A stretch of 64,000 nucleotides of DNA. Origin: Macrostomum lignano (lineage: Eukaryota). The stretch covers positions 124,001 through 188,000 of the forward strand of contig NIVC01000460.1 in assembly GCA_002269645.1 (NCBI GenBank), read 5' to 3'. Under the pieces are notes generated by a model. The model was not told where the DNA came from. It did no database searches and was given only the letters and a program-made list of their open reading frames with translations. Positions 37,219 to 55,408 of this stretch are shown here, in pieces; position 1 is the stretch's first letter; every line of letters starts with the position of its first letter. Position numbers and translations under genes: made by a program.

Positions 37219-37882
37219 GTGGCAGGGGACAGGGGGGACATGCCCCCCTCAGTAACAGCCATGGGGGGACATGCCAATGCTTTGGCAACCCGCCCCCACC
37301 TTGTCAACCGTTATGGAAATCAACAGTTTTGCTTCAGGGTGCCAAAAAAGCGCCTTCGGCCTCGGCGCCGAAATGAGGGCCTGGCTGCGGCGCCAAAATG
37401 AGTGCCTGCGGCGCCAAAATGAGTGCCTGGCTGCCGTGTCAAAATGAGTGCCTGGCTGCCGTGTCAAAATGAGTGCCTGGCTGCCGTGTCAAAATGAGTG
37501 CCTGGCTGCCGTATCAAAATGAGTGCTTGGCTGCGGCGCTAAAATGAGTGCCTGCGGCGCCAAAATGAGTGCCTGCGGCGTCAAAATGAGTTGCCTGGCG
37601 GCGGCGCCAAAATGAGTGCCTGTCTCTGGCGCCAAAATGAGTGCCTGGCTGCCGTGTCAAAATGAGTGCCTGGCTGCCGTGTCAAAATGAGTGCCTGGCT
37701 GCCGTGTCAAAATGAGTGCCTGGCTGCCGTATCAAAATGAGTGCTTGGCTGCGGCGCCAAAATGAGTGCCTGCGGCGCCAAAATGAGTGCCTGCGACGCC
37801 CAAATGAGTGTTTGCGGCACCAAAATGTGCCTGCGGGGCGCCAAAGTAAGTGCCTGCTTGCGGGGCGCCAAAGTAAGTGCCA
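37219..37882. mobile_element. Second copy of the minisatellite-bearing non-autonomous element
   Basis: The head GACATG(T)CCCCCC..(C/T)ATGGGGGG(A)CATGCCAAT..CCCCACCTTGT..TTTTGCTTCAGGG matches 11919-12022. It is followed by a GGCGCCAAAATGAGTGCCTG array with CTGGCTGCCGTGTCAAAATGAG variants. Confidence 0.65.
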
Positions 37883-38719
37883 ACATGATTCCCAAAACAA
37901 TATAGGATTTTTGTTATGTCGAATTCTTTGCTATGAATAAATGAGCTGATAATATATTTTATTTACTTAGTGCAAGGAATCTTGCCAGGAAATAAACGCA
38001 CACACAGACATCTGACTTTGCACAGTAGTATGAATGCACATAATTTCAATATTCGGGAAAAAATAAGATAAAATGACACGCAAACAAAGATTTATAGACA
38101 AACATTTTCCCTACACAAATAGACTTCAGGCTACTTGAACGCACACAATTTAATAAATGGATTGCGTATAAATTGCAATAACGGAATAACACAAAATAAA
38201 GTACATCGAGTCCCAGAAAACCGAAAAAAGCAGAGGGAACAGATTGGTAGGACATGGAAATTGGTTTCAATAAAAAATGGATTTTTATAACGACAAATAA
38301 ATATTGAGGAAAACACAATATTTTCAAATTTGACTAGAAGGACACGAGGTGACAAGATAAATATTTGATTCTATATTAGAGGTTAAATATATTGAAAATA
38401 CACACATTTGGAATTGTTTTTTGCTATATTTAAAAAAAACCTGACCCCAATTCAACTTTAAAAAATGCGGGCACTAAAGTAGTTGTACTATTTTGTTTAA
38501 ATAATCTGCATTTACGATAAAGACAACAGTCAAAAAAGCTACCGCGGCCATTTGCTTTACGACACAACCGAAAATTTTAAGCCGATTAAATAAATCAATA
38601 AATGAAATTTGCGAGTCCAATTGGCCGATTTTAACTAGTTGTAGGATTGGGTTGTGCTTTTTAAAAAACTATTTCATAGATATTAATATGTGAAGGCATT
38701 CACGTCGAAGCGAGAAAGT

Positions 38720-39125
38720 GGGGGGCTGACCGGGAGAGGATGTACATTGGAGAGAAGTAGGAGTGGGGCTGCCCGGGAGAGGATGTACATTGGAACGAGT
38801 AGGAGTGGGGCTGCCCGGGAGAGGATGTACATTGGAGCGAGTAGGAGTGGGGCTGCCCGGGAGAGGATGTACATTGGAGCGAGTAGGAGTGGGGCTGCCC
38901 GGGAGAGGATGTACATTGAAGCGAGTAGGAGTTGGGGCTGCCCAGGAGAGTATGTACACTGGAGAGAGGAGTAGAGGCCGCCCGGGAGAGGATGTACATT
39001 GGAGAGAGTAGGAGTGGGGGCTGCCCGGGAGAGGATGTACATTGGAGCGAGTAGAAGTTGGGGCTGCCCATGAGAGGATGTACACTGGAGGGAGTAGGTA
39101 TTGGGGGCTGCCCGGGCGAGGATGT
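38720..39125. repeat. ~42-bp minisatellite, ~9 copies
   Basis: Unit GAGTGGGGCTGCCCGGGAGAGGATGTACATTGGAGCGAGTAG. Confidence 0.9.
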
Positions 39126-39466
39126 ACATCGGGACACTAAGTTACAAGGGAAGTCACATAGGTCATAGAGTCACATCGGAAGTCATTTACATATTCGAAA
39201 GATACTGGATGAAAAGATCACAACAACATCCGGCAATATCTAGTAAGACTTATAATAATATAGTAAATCATAAAATGGTTTCTGTAATGCCATATCAATG
39301 AGAATTTATAGAGCTTTAGCAGAAGTATAATCGAGCATTCGAAAAAAATCTTATTCGATTAGCTCTGCTAACAATCTTAGCTCGTAGCAATAACGCACAA
39401 AGCCACAATTTTGTAAAGCTTAATTAAGATCGTGCAAATTCCATCATCAAATAGCAATCCAGTTAT

Positions 39467-44384
<4,918 letters not shown>

Positions 44385-47300
44385 TGTTGTATAATTTTAA
44401 TATGAAAGAAACCAATGGAGCACTAAATTTTTAGTTAGATTCAATATATTCTGAAATCTTATTAAGAAACATTTTGCAATGTAGAAGTTGAAGTATAAGA
44501 GAGCCTATATAGTGAAAATAAATACAAACATATATTTAATTATAGTATAAAAATATCCTATAACAACAATCATTGTAAACATTACAAAATAAATAAAAGG
44601 ATAGAATGTATCTATCTATCTAGGTAATGAGGTATACAATTGATTTTAGTTAAAGTTATAAGTTGTAAGTTTTTACTAAAAATCAATACTTATTTTATAT
44701 ATTATATTTTTAAAAATTTATTATAGTCATAGATTATTAATATTTTTTCTTTTTAACAATTATATCAATTAAAAGTCAGAAATACTAGACTTTTGCTAAG
44801 CTTTAATTTTACCAGACCATTATAAAAGTTTTTTAAATATAGTTTTTTTAATTCTTAGATTTTTAACATCTATTTTTTGTTGATTGAACAAAAACATATA
44901 TTTTAAATTAGTTACTTATTAAATGTTTGTTTAAAGTTAGTTATAGTTATAGCTTATTTATAGTTATAATTATAGCTTAGTTAAAATTGATATTGATAAA
45001 TATAACTTATGGATAAATTTCAAATATATCAATTATTTAAAGATTGCATATAGAAAATCATAGACTTATTATTGATAAATTTATTTATGCAAACATGACC
45101 AAATAGGACAATATAAAATAATTTTGATGTTATATTAGATATCTGCTATAGATGCGATAGAAATCATGCAAAACATACACTAGAACAAAATCAACTGGTT
45201 AATAACTTAATGCCAAAGTAAGCCAAAGGTTTATGCCAAAGGTTTAGATAGAGATATGTGATAACTGTCTAAATTATTGAATTACTGAATGATAAATTCT
45301 TGACTTATAAACAGCTGGATAAAAATTTATTGGTTACTTTATTGCTCTATCGGTGAAATAAAAACGGACTGTTGTATTGCAAATTGTATCTCAATGCTTT
45401 TATGACAATTGACAACAGGACTATGACTTAGAGTGAGCAGAATATGAGCAACTATGAATTGAACCCTGTAATAGACTTGGTAAATATTAAACAAAGGGAC
45501 CATACGAGCGTATTTTATAGAAATTAATAGAGAATAATCAAAGCCAAAATAATGTGGTTGCGTTGCATACTATTCCAAAAATGATTCACGAAAATAGAAA
45601 TGTAAAGATGTAACTTTATGTTCGTCAACAAAATTTGAACATCCCTTGTTTAAAAAAAGAGAATGTGACGAATCTTTATGAATAGCCCTTATTCACAATA
45701 AAAAATCAGTCCTTATTCAGTTCAGGCTTTAGTTAAGTAAACTTTTGGATTTAAAAGTGCGAATTTTGTTTTCCTTCAATGCTGCGGAATTGGTAACTCA
45801 TAAATTTTAAATTTGCTTAACTTCGTAAATATCGTGTGACGAATAAGGCGGGAAGACGGTTTGTGTAGCGGTTAATTGGATAGTTCACGATTTAGATTTT
45901 GCAAATCGGCAAGCCGCTTTCACCCTTAGCGTTACTTTGAATCGTTATGCCTTGCAAAGATCCGGATTCAGTTGATTGGTTGGGGGCCGAAGTAGGCGGC
46001 GGGAGAGTTGAGGCAAGGAAGCCGGATAGCTAAGGGGTTCGCGAGCCTAGAGCGAGAAGCGAAGCAAAGAGGGAGCGCAGGGAGAGAGCGGCCGCTGACT
46101 GCTGCAAGTGTATATTTAATTGATAGGTAAACAGATAACAACACCCCTAATCCAAAAGCCAGACAAGCCCCCCACGCGCAATGTACATGTACAAATTAAT
46201 CGATAAAATGAGTTATCGTGCAAGAATATCATACGAGCGTAACGTCAATACATGTACATAGATATAACTACTTTCAGAGAAATAATAACGATATGAATGA
46301 AATACAAATATTTAAATCAATACATACAAGGCTACAAAAAACAAAAAATTTAACAGTAACATAAGCGCGTTAATAATACGTATAGAATATTCTTAAAATC
46401 ATCATGTTTTTCAATAGTATTAAAATCTTTACCCAGTTTCGTAAAAATCTTTTGAACCGGTTGGCCGAAAATTTGCACCAAATTAAAGAATACAAGCAGT
46501 ACGGTATGAATGAGAGATAAGGAAATACGATGCGCATATACTTCTACGAACTACACTGTCACAATCGGTTCCCATTTTCGCCAATAGCCAACTGTAACTG
46601 CACATTGATTTGAGCAATATTGGACCTGCTGTTGTAATGTGAACCGGCCTTTAATGGCCAAATGGTAAGGACCAGCCTTTAATCATGATTTCAAAATAAT
46701 TCTTTATAAGGAAAAAAACACGGTACGCTTTTCGACAACATTGAAAACGGTATTTGTATTTAGCTCAAGACTGAAAGATTCAGTTAAACGATTCTTTCAA
46801 TACCTTCTGAAAAGCGAGGATAATTTCGTCGTAAAAATATTTTGTTGGTGTTTGAAACAAAAACGCACCAGTACATGTACAACAGCAATAAGTACAATAA
46901 AGAAACCGGTTAAAACTCTGCACAGATAATTACATGCACCTAGCATGTAATAGAAAAACAATCAAACAGCCATATCGAGTGAAATCAAAATCTAATATAA
47001 AGGGCACAAGATTTGCTTTGTAAGCAATCGTTGAGAGAGAAGAGAGAATAGAAAAGCATGCAGATAATACCATTCATTTTTCAGAATTATCAAAGCTGTA
47101 TCAGTCAGCTGCCACTCGACAGTGTGATGGGTATAAAATATTCATAAATTACAGACGGAGGTAAAGGTAAATATCAAAGATTAAAAAATAATGATGTACA
47201 GTCATATCTTGTTTTTTTTCTTCAAAAACAGCATTAGCAACAGCAAAAGCAATTAAATTTACTTTTCAAGCGATCGATTAGATACCTTGAACTGCCCGTA

Positions 47301-47543
47301 TGGATTTAAAATAATATCCATTTATTTCCATTTATTTCTGAAGCCTCTCATTAGCTAAATGTATAGCCTCACTATGTTTTAATCCCATAACAATTCTGGA
47401 AAATCCAAAGAATTAAAAAATTCTTAATTCTTATAAGAGTTCTAAAAGCTTCTAAAACAGTATCAATGTAATATTAGTTTGAAAACATAGCTAGTTTTAT
47501 AATTATCAATGAAACAGTTGTCACACTACACAGCGCAGCTGAA

Positions 47544-50500
47544 TCAGTAGACAGAATAGGGCGAGACCAGCTGCGCTAATCGCTTGTTGGTGTGCGAAAA
47601 TATTGGACTAGCCGAGACGCGCAGGAATCTCGACCGGCTGTATTTGTCGCGGGCGCCGTGCAGCGTTGCCGTGCCGTTGCTAAGGGCAACTAGCAATCCG
47701 GCGTAGGCGGCAACGCAGGGCCGCAGCTCGGACTCTGAGCAGCGGCTGTAGTGCTGCAGGGTGGCATTCCAGGCCGGCAGGTCACGGAACATCAGGTGTC
47801 GGCTGAGCCAGATGCAAGCGGCAGCTTTTCTGGGCACAGTGCATAGGAAAGTACATGTACTATTAATAGCGGCTACTGCCACTGCTACTGCCATACTGCC
47901 AAAACTAATTAATGAGTGATAAGGCTGCTTGGCACAATGGTTACTCATTGTCTATTAAAATCCTAAAATAATCGTACTAGCTCGTAGTGATCAACTGATA
48001 GACAAAGTACAGTCACCCGATAGACAAAGGAGCAGTCAGTCACCCGATAGACAAAGGAGCAGTCAGTCACCCGATAGACAAAGGAGCAGTCAGTCACCCG
48101 ATAGACAAAGGAGCAGTCAGTCACCCGATAGACAAAGGATCAGTCAGTCACCCGATAGACAAAGGAGCAGTCAGTCACCCGATAGACAAAGGAGCAGTCA
48201 GTCACCCGATAGACAAAGGATCAGTCAGTCACCCGATAGACAAAGGATCAGTCAGTCACCCGATAGACAAAGGAGCAGTCAGTCACCCGATAGACAAAGG
48301 ATCAGTCAGTCACCCGATAGACAAAGGAGCAGTCAGTCACCCGATAGACAAAGGAGCAGTCAGTCACCCGATAGACAAAGGAGCAGTCAGTCACCCGATA
48401 GACAAAGGATCAGTCAGTCACCCGATAGACCAAGGAGCAGTCAGTCACCCGATAGACCAAGGATCAGTCAGTCACCCGATAGACAAAGGAGCAGTCAGTC
48501 ACCCGATAGACAAAGGAGCAGTCAGTCACCCGATAGACAAAGGATCAGTCAGTCACCCGATAGACCAAGGAGCAGTCAGTCACCCGATAGACAAAGGAGC
48601 TGTCAGTCACCCGATAGACAAAGGAGCAGTCAGTCACCCGATAGACCAAGGATCAGTCAGTCACCCGATAGACGAAGACCCAGTAAACCGACAGGCAAGT
48701 AAAGCCTGGCACACGGAAGGACACACCTGGACGCAGGCTGGTGCGCCAAGTCGAGGTCCAGCAGGCCTAAATCGGCGATGTAGGCGCAGCAGACCCTGTG
48801 GAGGCTCAACTTGCCGTCTCCGTGCTGCTGATCGCGCAGGTCGCAGGCGGACGCTTCCAATAGGCGAGCCAGGAACTGCGTGACAGTTGGCGAATGCAGC
48901 CGGAACTCCAGCGCCTCAAGCACGGAAAGTTCCATGCGCAGAAATTCCTTATTAGTGTAGGCATTGTCTGTTAAATAGACAAGCTTGGATACTTTTGGCG
49001 GAAATCTTTCCACAACTTTGCAAGCAATGAAAAAGCAGACAGAAGCAACCAGCTGGTAGAGCCGTTCGGAGAATGGCAGCCTGAGGCAGGCGTGGTCGGC
49101 TAAAGCGACGCCAAGGTGTAGCGAATCGGTGCTGCATCGTTCGTGAACCTGCACCTGCAGGCGAGAATAGCATGCATCTTATAAGACTACAAAGACTTAT
49201 TACCGTAATGTAACATCTCATTTTTAATATTGATATATAGAATAATAGAGCATTTCACAAGGCTTTCTTTAACAAGACACTCTCAAACACGCTTCACAGA
49301 TCACTCTGCACAAATCACTCTTCACAAATCACTCTGCACAAATCACTCTTCACAAATCAAATCACTCTGCACAGATCACTCTGCACAAATCACTCTGCAC
49401 AAATCACTCTGCACAAATCACTCTTCACAAATCACTCTGCACAAATCACTCTGCACAAATCACTCTTCACAAATCAAATCACTCTGCACAGATCACTCTG
49501 CACAAATCACTCTGCACAAATCACTCTTCACATATCACTCTTCACAAATCAAATCACTCTGCACAGATCACTCTGCACAAATCACTCTTCACAAATCACT
49601 CTGCACAAATCACTCTGCATAAATCACTCTGCACAAATCACTCTGCACAAATCACTCTTCACAAATCACTCTGCATTAATCACTCTGCACAAATCAATCT
49701 TCACAAATCACTCTGCACAAATCACTCTTCACAAATCACTCTGCACAAATCACTCTGCACAAATCACTCTGCACAAATCACTCTGCACAAATCACTCTTC
49801 ACAAATCACTCTGCACAAATCACTCTTCACAAATCACTCTGCACAAATCACTCTTCACAAATCACTCTGCACAAATCACTCTTCACAAATCACTCTGCAC
49901 AAATCACTCTGCACAAATCACTCTTCACATATCACTCTTCACAAATCAAATCACTCTGCACAGATCACTCTGCACAAATCACTCTTCACAAATCACTCTG
50001 CATAAATCACTCTGCACAAATCACTCTGCACAAATCACTCTTCACAAATCACTCTGCACAAATCACTCTTCACAAATCACTCTGCACAAATGAATCTGCA
50101 CAAATCACTCTGCACAAATCGCTCTTCCTAAATCAATCTGCACAAATCAATCACCAAAAATCACTCAACACAAATCATTCATCAAAAATCACTCAATACA
50201 AATCACTCACCAAAAATCACTAAACACAAATCACTGCACTCAATAAAAATCAGTCACCAAAAATCACAGCACTTAACAAAAATCACTCACCAAAAATCAC
50301 TCAACACAAATCACTCACCAAAAATCACAGCACTCAACGCGAACACGAATCACTCCGGAAAAATCACTCTTCACAAATCACTCAGTCACTCAATACAGGC
50401 AGCTTTTACAGTGTAAAAACTTTATCCATAAGCTTACAAGTACCTGCAACAGCCAGTCGTTAATAACGCCACGAAATTCGCACTTCCCGGATCCAATTAG

Positions 50501-51465
50501 CACAGAAAATCCCAGCGGAAGTCGGTAGGAAGCCTCGCTTTCAAAAAGTTGGTCCATCACTTCCGGCCAGTAGGGCTGCGACACCTTGCAGCTATAGAAC
50601 GGATTGGAGCGGCATGTCACGAATAGAAAAAGTACAGCCTAAGATTAAAAAGCACAACAACAACAGGCGCTGTGAGCTGGACGTACGGTTTCAGGAGCCC
50701 ACTAAAACATCTGGAGGTGCTGGGGTGTCAGGAGCACACTAAAACATCTGGAGGTGCTGGGGTGTCAGGAGCACACTAAAACATCTGGAGGTGCTGGGGT
50801 GTCAGGAGCACACTAAAACATCTGGAGGTGCTGGGGTGTCAGGAGCACACTAAAACATCTGGAGGTGCTGGGGTGTCAGGAGCACACTAAAACATCTGGA
50901 GGTGCTGGGGTGTCAGGAGCACACTAAAACATCTGGAGGTGCTGGGGTGTCAGGAGCACACTAAAACATCTGGAGGTGCTGGGGTGTCAGGAGCACACTA
51001 AAACATCAGGCATTGGGTGTTAGGAGCACACTAAAACATCAGGCATTGGGGTGTTAGGAGCACACTAAAACATTATGTATTGGGGTGTCAGGAGCACATT
51101 AAAACATCAGGCATTGGGGTGTCAGGAGCACATTAAAACACTAAGTGTTGGAGCTTGAGTAGGGCATAGTCAATAAATCATCAGGACCGTGTCACTTACT
51201 TGTTAGCGTCAATATCCTTAGCTTCCGCCGCAACCGCTGCTGCAGCCGCAGCCGCTGCTGCTCTAAGCGCCAACTGCAAGCTGGACCGGCTGCTGCTCGC
51301 CGCGCTGCATTTCGACTTGGCCTTGGTTACCCTACTGCCGTTGCTACTGGCAACCGAAGCGCGAGAATTGGCGCCTGCCATTGGGCCTCCGCCGCAGGCT
51401 GCGCTACTGTTCTCTTTGTCAATGAGAACCATCTTGTTCGAGCGAGCATTGTGTCTTGTAAGCAT
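47544..51465 (-). CDS. Divergent cyclin A-like protein, ~375 aa, 4 exons
   Basis: Exons (minus) 51465-51200, 50591-50444, 49154-48727 and 47829-47544, with phases 2, 0, 2. The N-terminus has KEN (IDKENS) and RxxL (RSSL). Cyclin box RGVINDWLLQ|VQVHERCSTDSLHLGV...QLVA...VYLTDNAYT...LRME...PTVTQFL. The C-terminal W..TL.HY...L..C and RDKYSRSRF are as in cyclin A/B. Confidence 0.82.
48008..48670. repeat. 27-bp minisatellite, ~24 copies (cyclin intron 3)
   Basis: Unit CAGTCACCCGATAGACAAAGGAGCAGT. Confidence 0.95.
49295..50390. repeat. 14-bp minisatellite (CACAAATCACTCT(G/T))n with a degenerate tail (cyclin intron 2)
   Basis: About 60 clean copies to ~50110, then AAATCACTCA variants. Confidence 0.93.
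50693..51140. repeat. 37-bp minisatellite, ~12 copies (cyclin intron 1)
   Basis: Unit GGAGCACACTAAAACATCTGGAGGTGCTGGGGTGTCA. Confidence 0.95.
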
Positions 51466-52844
51466 GCTAAATTCAAATTTAAATTAAATTAATTTCACTG
51501 CTTGTTGCGCCGCTGCGGTTCAAATCAGTCTTCAAGGAATCAAGTTAGAGCATATAAGATGTTTCGTTTCTCTCTCTCTCCCAGTTTGCGACTTTCAATT
51601 TTGGCAATTAAATTACACTCTATATAGAGGCGTATTGCCCTAAAACTACACGGTTCAATTATTGGAGAAACCCTATTAGCTCTACCCCGCCCGCGCTCAC
51701 ACTCAGGTCTTTGAAGGGGGGACGAGATTGAGTGTACATTGCTGTCTGCCTAGCCAGTTTTACTCGCCAACCCCAACCCCCATAAAACCAATTCAGCCAA
51801 TCAGCGACAAGGGGGAATTTTATTACCAAACCATGCTGACAGACGAGGAAAAACTGAATGTACACTGTGCCGTGTACATATCCCTCGAGAAGAATTTTTA
51901 GCATGTACATAGCGTAGATTATTTAACCAACACCATGGGGTAGAAGCTTTTTATGTGAAACTCTCCCCAAGCCCCTAAACTCCAAACAATTATCTGATGG
52001 ATGATTTATTTTACTTGTATTGACTTTGTCGTGGTAGTTAAGTCCTACTGAAGTCATTTAATGACAAATTCATGTATGAAAAAAAAACAAAAAACGAACG
52101 GATTAATGATGATTTGTGTTCCTTGTTTTTCCTCAGAAAGGTACAGTTTTACTGTTAATATTGAGTCAGCTAAGCAAAGCATTATAATTATATTAAGATT
52201 TCGTTTGACAAAACGCGTTGCAATAAAATAATGAAATGTAAATATTGCAAGCTTAGTGAATGGTCATTGGTTTACTGTTATAGTAATAGTATTTACAAAA
52301 ATGTAAAGCACAAGCATATAAATCAGATGCATTGCTAAGCTAAACAAATACACAGATTGTTGATCCGTTCATAAGCAAAGGCGGATAACAATTAACAAAA
52401 ATCTTTAAATTCGAGCCAGTTGAATTGGTCAGTATGTAGTGACATTTAAAATACAAATGTAAATTTAAGCTACGCTTGTAAAATGACTTTATGAGATTAT
52501 TAATAATTTTTGTGTAGCATCAGAACAATTTATAATTAACGCAGGTAAAGAAAACAAGTAATCGACTAATTTTTCTGGCCCTACACACTGTGTCTACTAC
52601 AAGTAGCACGAAATACACAAAATTACAGTGGAAAGTTGTAAAAACAATATAATGTATTCGGAAAACAGAGTCAACACTATTTATGCTGTCCGACGGTAAA
52701 CACAATTTAGCAAAAAGCAAATTTTGCAAAAATTTGAGAAAAATCATCAACTCCAGCTAATGGTTCATGCAGAAAAAAGTGTAATTATTAAATAAAAATT
52801 ATTGATATTTTAATTGACTACTTACTTATGAAGTAGATGCGATT

Positions 52845-53768
52845 TTCTAGGCTGGGGATGTACAGGGATGGGAGATTCTCTAGGCTGGGGATCTAAAGGA
52901 GTGGGAGATTCTCTAGGCTGGGGATCTATACGGAGGGGATATTCTCTAGGCTGGGGATCTACAGGGATGGGAGATTCTCTAGGCTGGGAATGTACAGGGA
53001 TGGGACATTCTCTAGGCTGGGGATGTTCAGGGATGGGAGATTCTTTAGGCTGGGGATCTAAAGGAGTGGGAGATTCTCTAGGCTGGGGATCTATACGGAG
53101 GGGATATTCTCTAGGCTGGGGATCTACAGGGATGGGAGATTCTCTAGGCTGGGGATCTATCGGGATGGGAGATTCTCTAGGCTGGGGATCTATCGGGATG
53201 GGATATTCTCTAGGCTGGGGATCTATCGGGATGGGAGATTCTCTAGGCTGGGGATCTATCGGGATGGGATATTCTCTAGGCTGGGGATCTATCGGGATGG
53301 GAGATTCTCTAGGCTGGGGATCTATACGGAGGGGATATTCTCTAGGCTGGGGATCTACAGGGATGGGAGATTCTCTAGGCTGGGGATCTATCGGGATGGG
53401 AGATTCTCTAGGCTGGGGATCTATCGGGATGGGAGATTCTCTAGGCTGGGGATTTATCGGGATGGGAGATTCTCTAGGCTGGGGATCTATCGGGATGGGA
53501 GATTCTCTAGGCTGGGGATCTATCGGGATGGGAGATTCTCTAGGCTGGGGATCTACAGGGATGGGAGATTCTCTAGGCTGGGGATCTATCGGGATGGGAG
53601 ATTCTCTAGGCTGGGGATTTATCGGGATGGGAGATTCTCTAGGCTGGGGATCTATCGGGATGGGAGATTCTCTAGGCTGGGGATCTATCGGGATGGGAGA
53701 TTCTCTAGGCTGGGGATCTATCGGGATGGGAGATTCTCTAGGCTGGAGATCTATCGGGATGGGAGATT
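52845..53768. repeat. 33-bp minisatellite, ~28 copies, just downstream of the RING1/RNF2 stop
   Basis: Unit CTCTAGGCTGGGGATCTATCGGGATGGGAGATT; it produces the spurious PQPRESPIPID and GDSLGWGSIGM ORFs. Confidence 0.95.
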
Positions 53769-53818
53769 CTAGCTTGGTGAAAAATTTTTGGTTTGACAAT
53801 TCTAAAACAACCTGTCAT

Positions 53819-55408
53819 TCAACTTGAAAGCCGTTCAAAGAACAGGTCCAACACTTTGTTTGCGCTCCAGTATTGGTCGCGAATCTGTTCCAGAGTGAGG
53901 TGATCGGGCAGTCGCTGATAATTGGTGGCGCCTTTCCCACCGCAATAGATGGCGTACTCAGGACTCGCTGTTGCGGAGCTACCCGATGAAGTTGCGGCAG
54001 TTGACGTGGCCGCGGCAGCGGCGGCAGCTTCGGCGGCGGCGGCTTCAGTAGCGGCCGCGGCGGTTGCGTCGCAGGTGGCGGCGTCGACTCCAGCCGCGGC
54101 GGCGGCTGCCGTGGCCGCGGCGGCTGCGGCAGCGGCAGCGGCGGCTACGGAGCTGGTCGCTTCGGGCCGATCGAGCGAATGCCGCAGGCGTAGGTAGCTG
54201 ATGAGATGAGCCACCGTGGCGGTGCACACGGTTTTCAGATATTTTGTCTCGACGCCCCGGCCGGCGGACCAGCTGGGCAGCGGCTTCAACAGCAGCTCGA
54301 TGTCCGTGTCAACCGAGGCGCTGCTAAATGTCGACGCGATTCGAGCCGAGGACGAAGCGGCGCCGCCTCGATTAGCTGCGGCGCCGTTGCCAAGGCAACT
54401 ATCAGCGTCGTCGCGTGATCGTTTATTACCGTAACCATGGTGATGATTACTGCTAATATGGTTGTCAACGGAGCCGTTCGAACTGATCTCGTCGGCGTCA
54501 TCTGCCTGCTGCTGGTGCGCCGTTGACCCAGCCGCCTGCTGACTGCTGGATGGACGCTGGCGCTTCTTGGCACCGCCGTGCGGACGCTGCTGAGAGCCGG
54601 GCTCGCCGCCGGCGCCGCCAGAGGCAGCGGAGTCGCAGCTCACCGTGCTGGCAAATTTTGACAGCTTGGCAAGGACCCGCTCCTCGTGCGCTTCGAACTC
54701 CTCGCGGCTAGGATAGATCTTGGCTATTAGCTGGTCGAAGTTCGGATCGTGCCGGAGAGAGCGCTTGGACACCAGCTTCTTGCGGCAGGTTGGGCACTCC
54801 TTGTTGCCGCTGCGCAGTGCTGTGATTATGCACACCTGGCAGGTGCAAGTCAATAAGATATTCTTCAGCTATTCTTTTATCAGACATTCACGTTGCAACA
54901 TGAACTTGGTCCTTTAGAAACTGCCCACTGCCATATGTACTCTGGTCCTTCAGTGACATTTCCCACTCTACCCTCTCTGGTCCTTCAGTGACATTTCCTG
55001 CTCTACCCTCTCTGGTCCTTCAGTGACATTTCCCGCTGTACCCTCTCTGGTCCTTCAGTGACATTTCTGGCTCTACCCTCTGGTCCTTTAGTGACATTTC
55101 CCGCTGTACCCTCTCTGGTCCTTCAGTGACATTTCTGGCTCTACCCTCTGGTCCTTCAGTGACATCTCGGGAGGTTGCGCATGCATAGTTGCTACACTAT
55201 TATTGATACCAACCTGGCAGAATCGGTGCAGACACTCTTTAGTGGTCATGGTGTGCTTGAGTATGTCCAAACAGATTGGACACATCAGTTCGCTGTGCAA
55301 AGCCCGCGGCGATACAGCAATTTCTGTATTGTCAGTAATGGCTTCTTGTGGCCGACGTTTGGTCTCATACAACGAAAGCTCCCAAGTTTTCAATGGCGCA
55401 CTTTCCAT
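53819..55408 (-). CDS. RNF2: E3 ubiquitin ligase RING1/RING2 (PRC1 catalytic subunit, Sce orthologue), ~403 aa, 2 coding exons
   Basis: Exon 55408-55214 encodes KTWELSLYE...[37 protein letters not shown]. Exon 54835-53819 encodes [44 protein letters not shown] and a C-terminal RAWUL domain. The true N-terminus could extend to the acceptor at 55444. Confidence 0.95.
54940..55165. repeat. 33-35-bp minisatellite (RING1/RNF2 intron)
   Basis: Unit CTCTGGTCCTTCAGTGACATTTCC(C)GCT(G/C)TACC, ~7 copies. Confidence 0.9.

Noticed and set aside
50592-50638. Alternative upstream acceptor for cyclin exon 2 (TCTTAG at 50639)
   Set aside because: It is phase-incompatible with the phase-2 donor at 51200. The acceptor at 50592 restores the frame and the cyclin N-terminal helix spacing.
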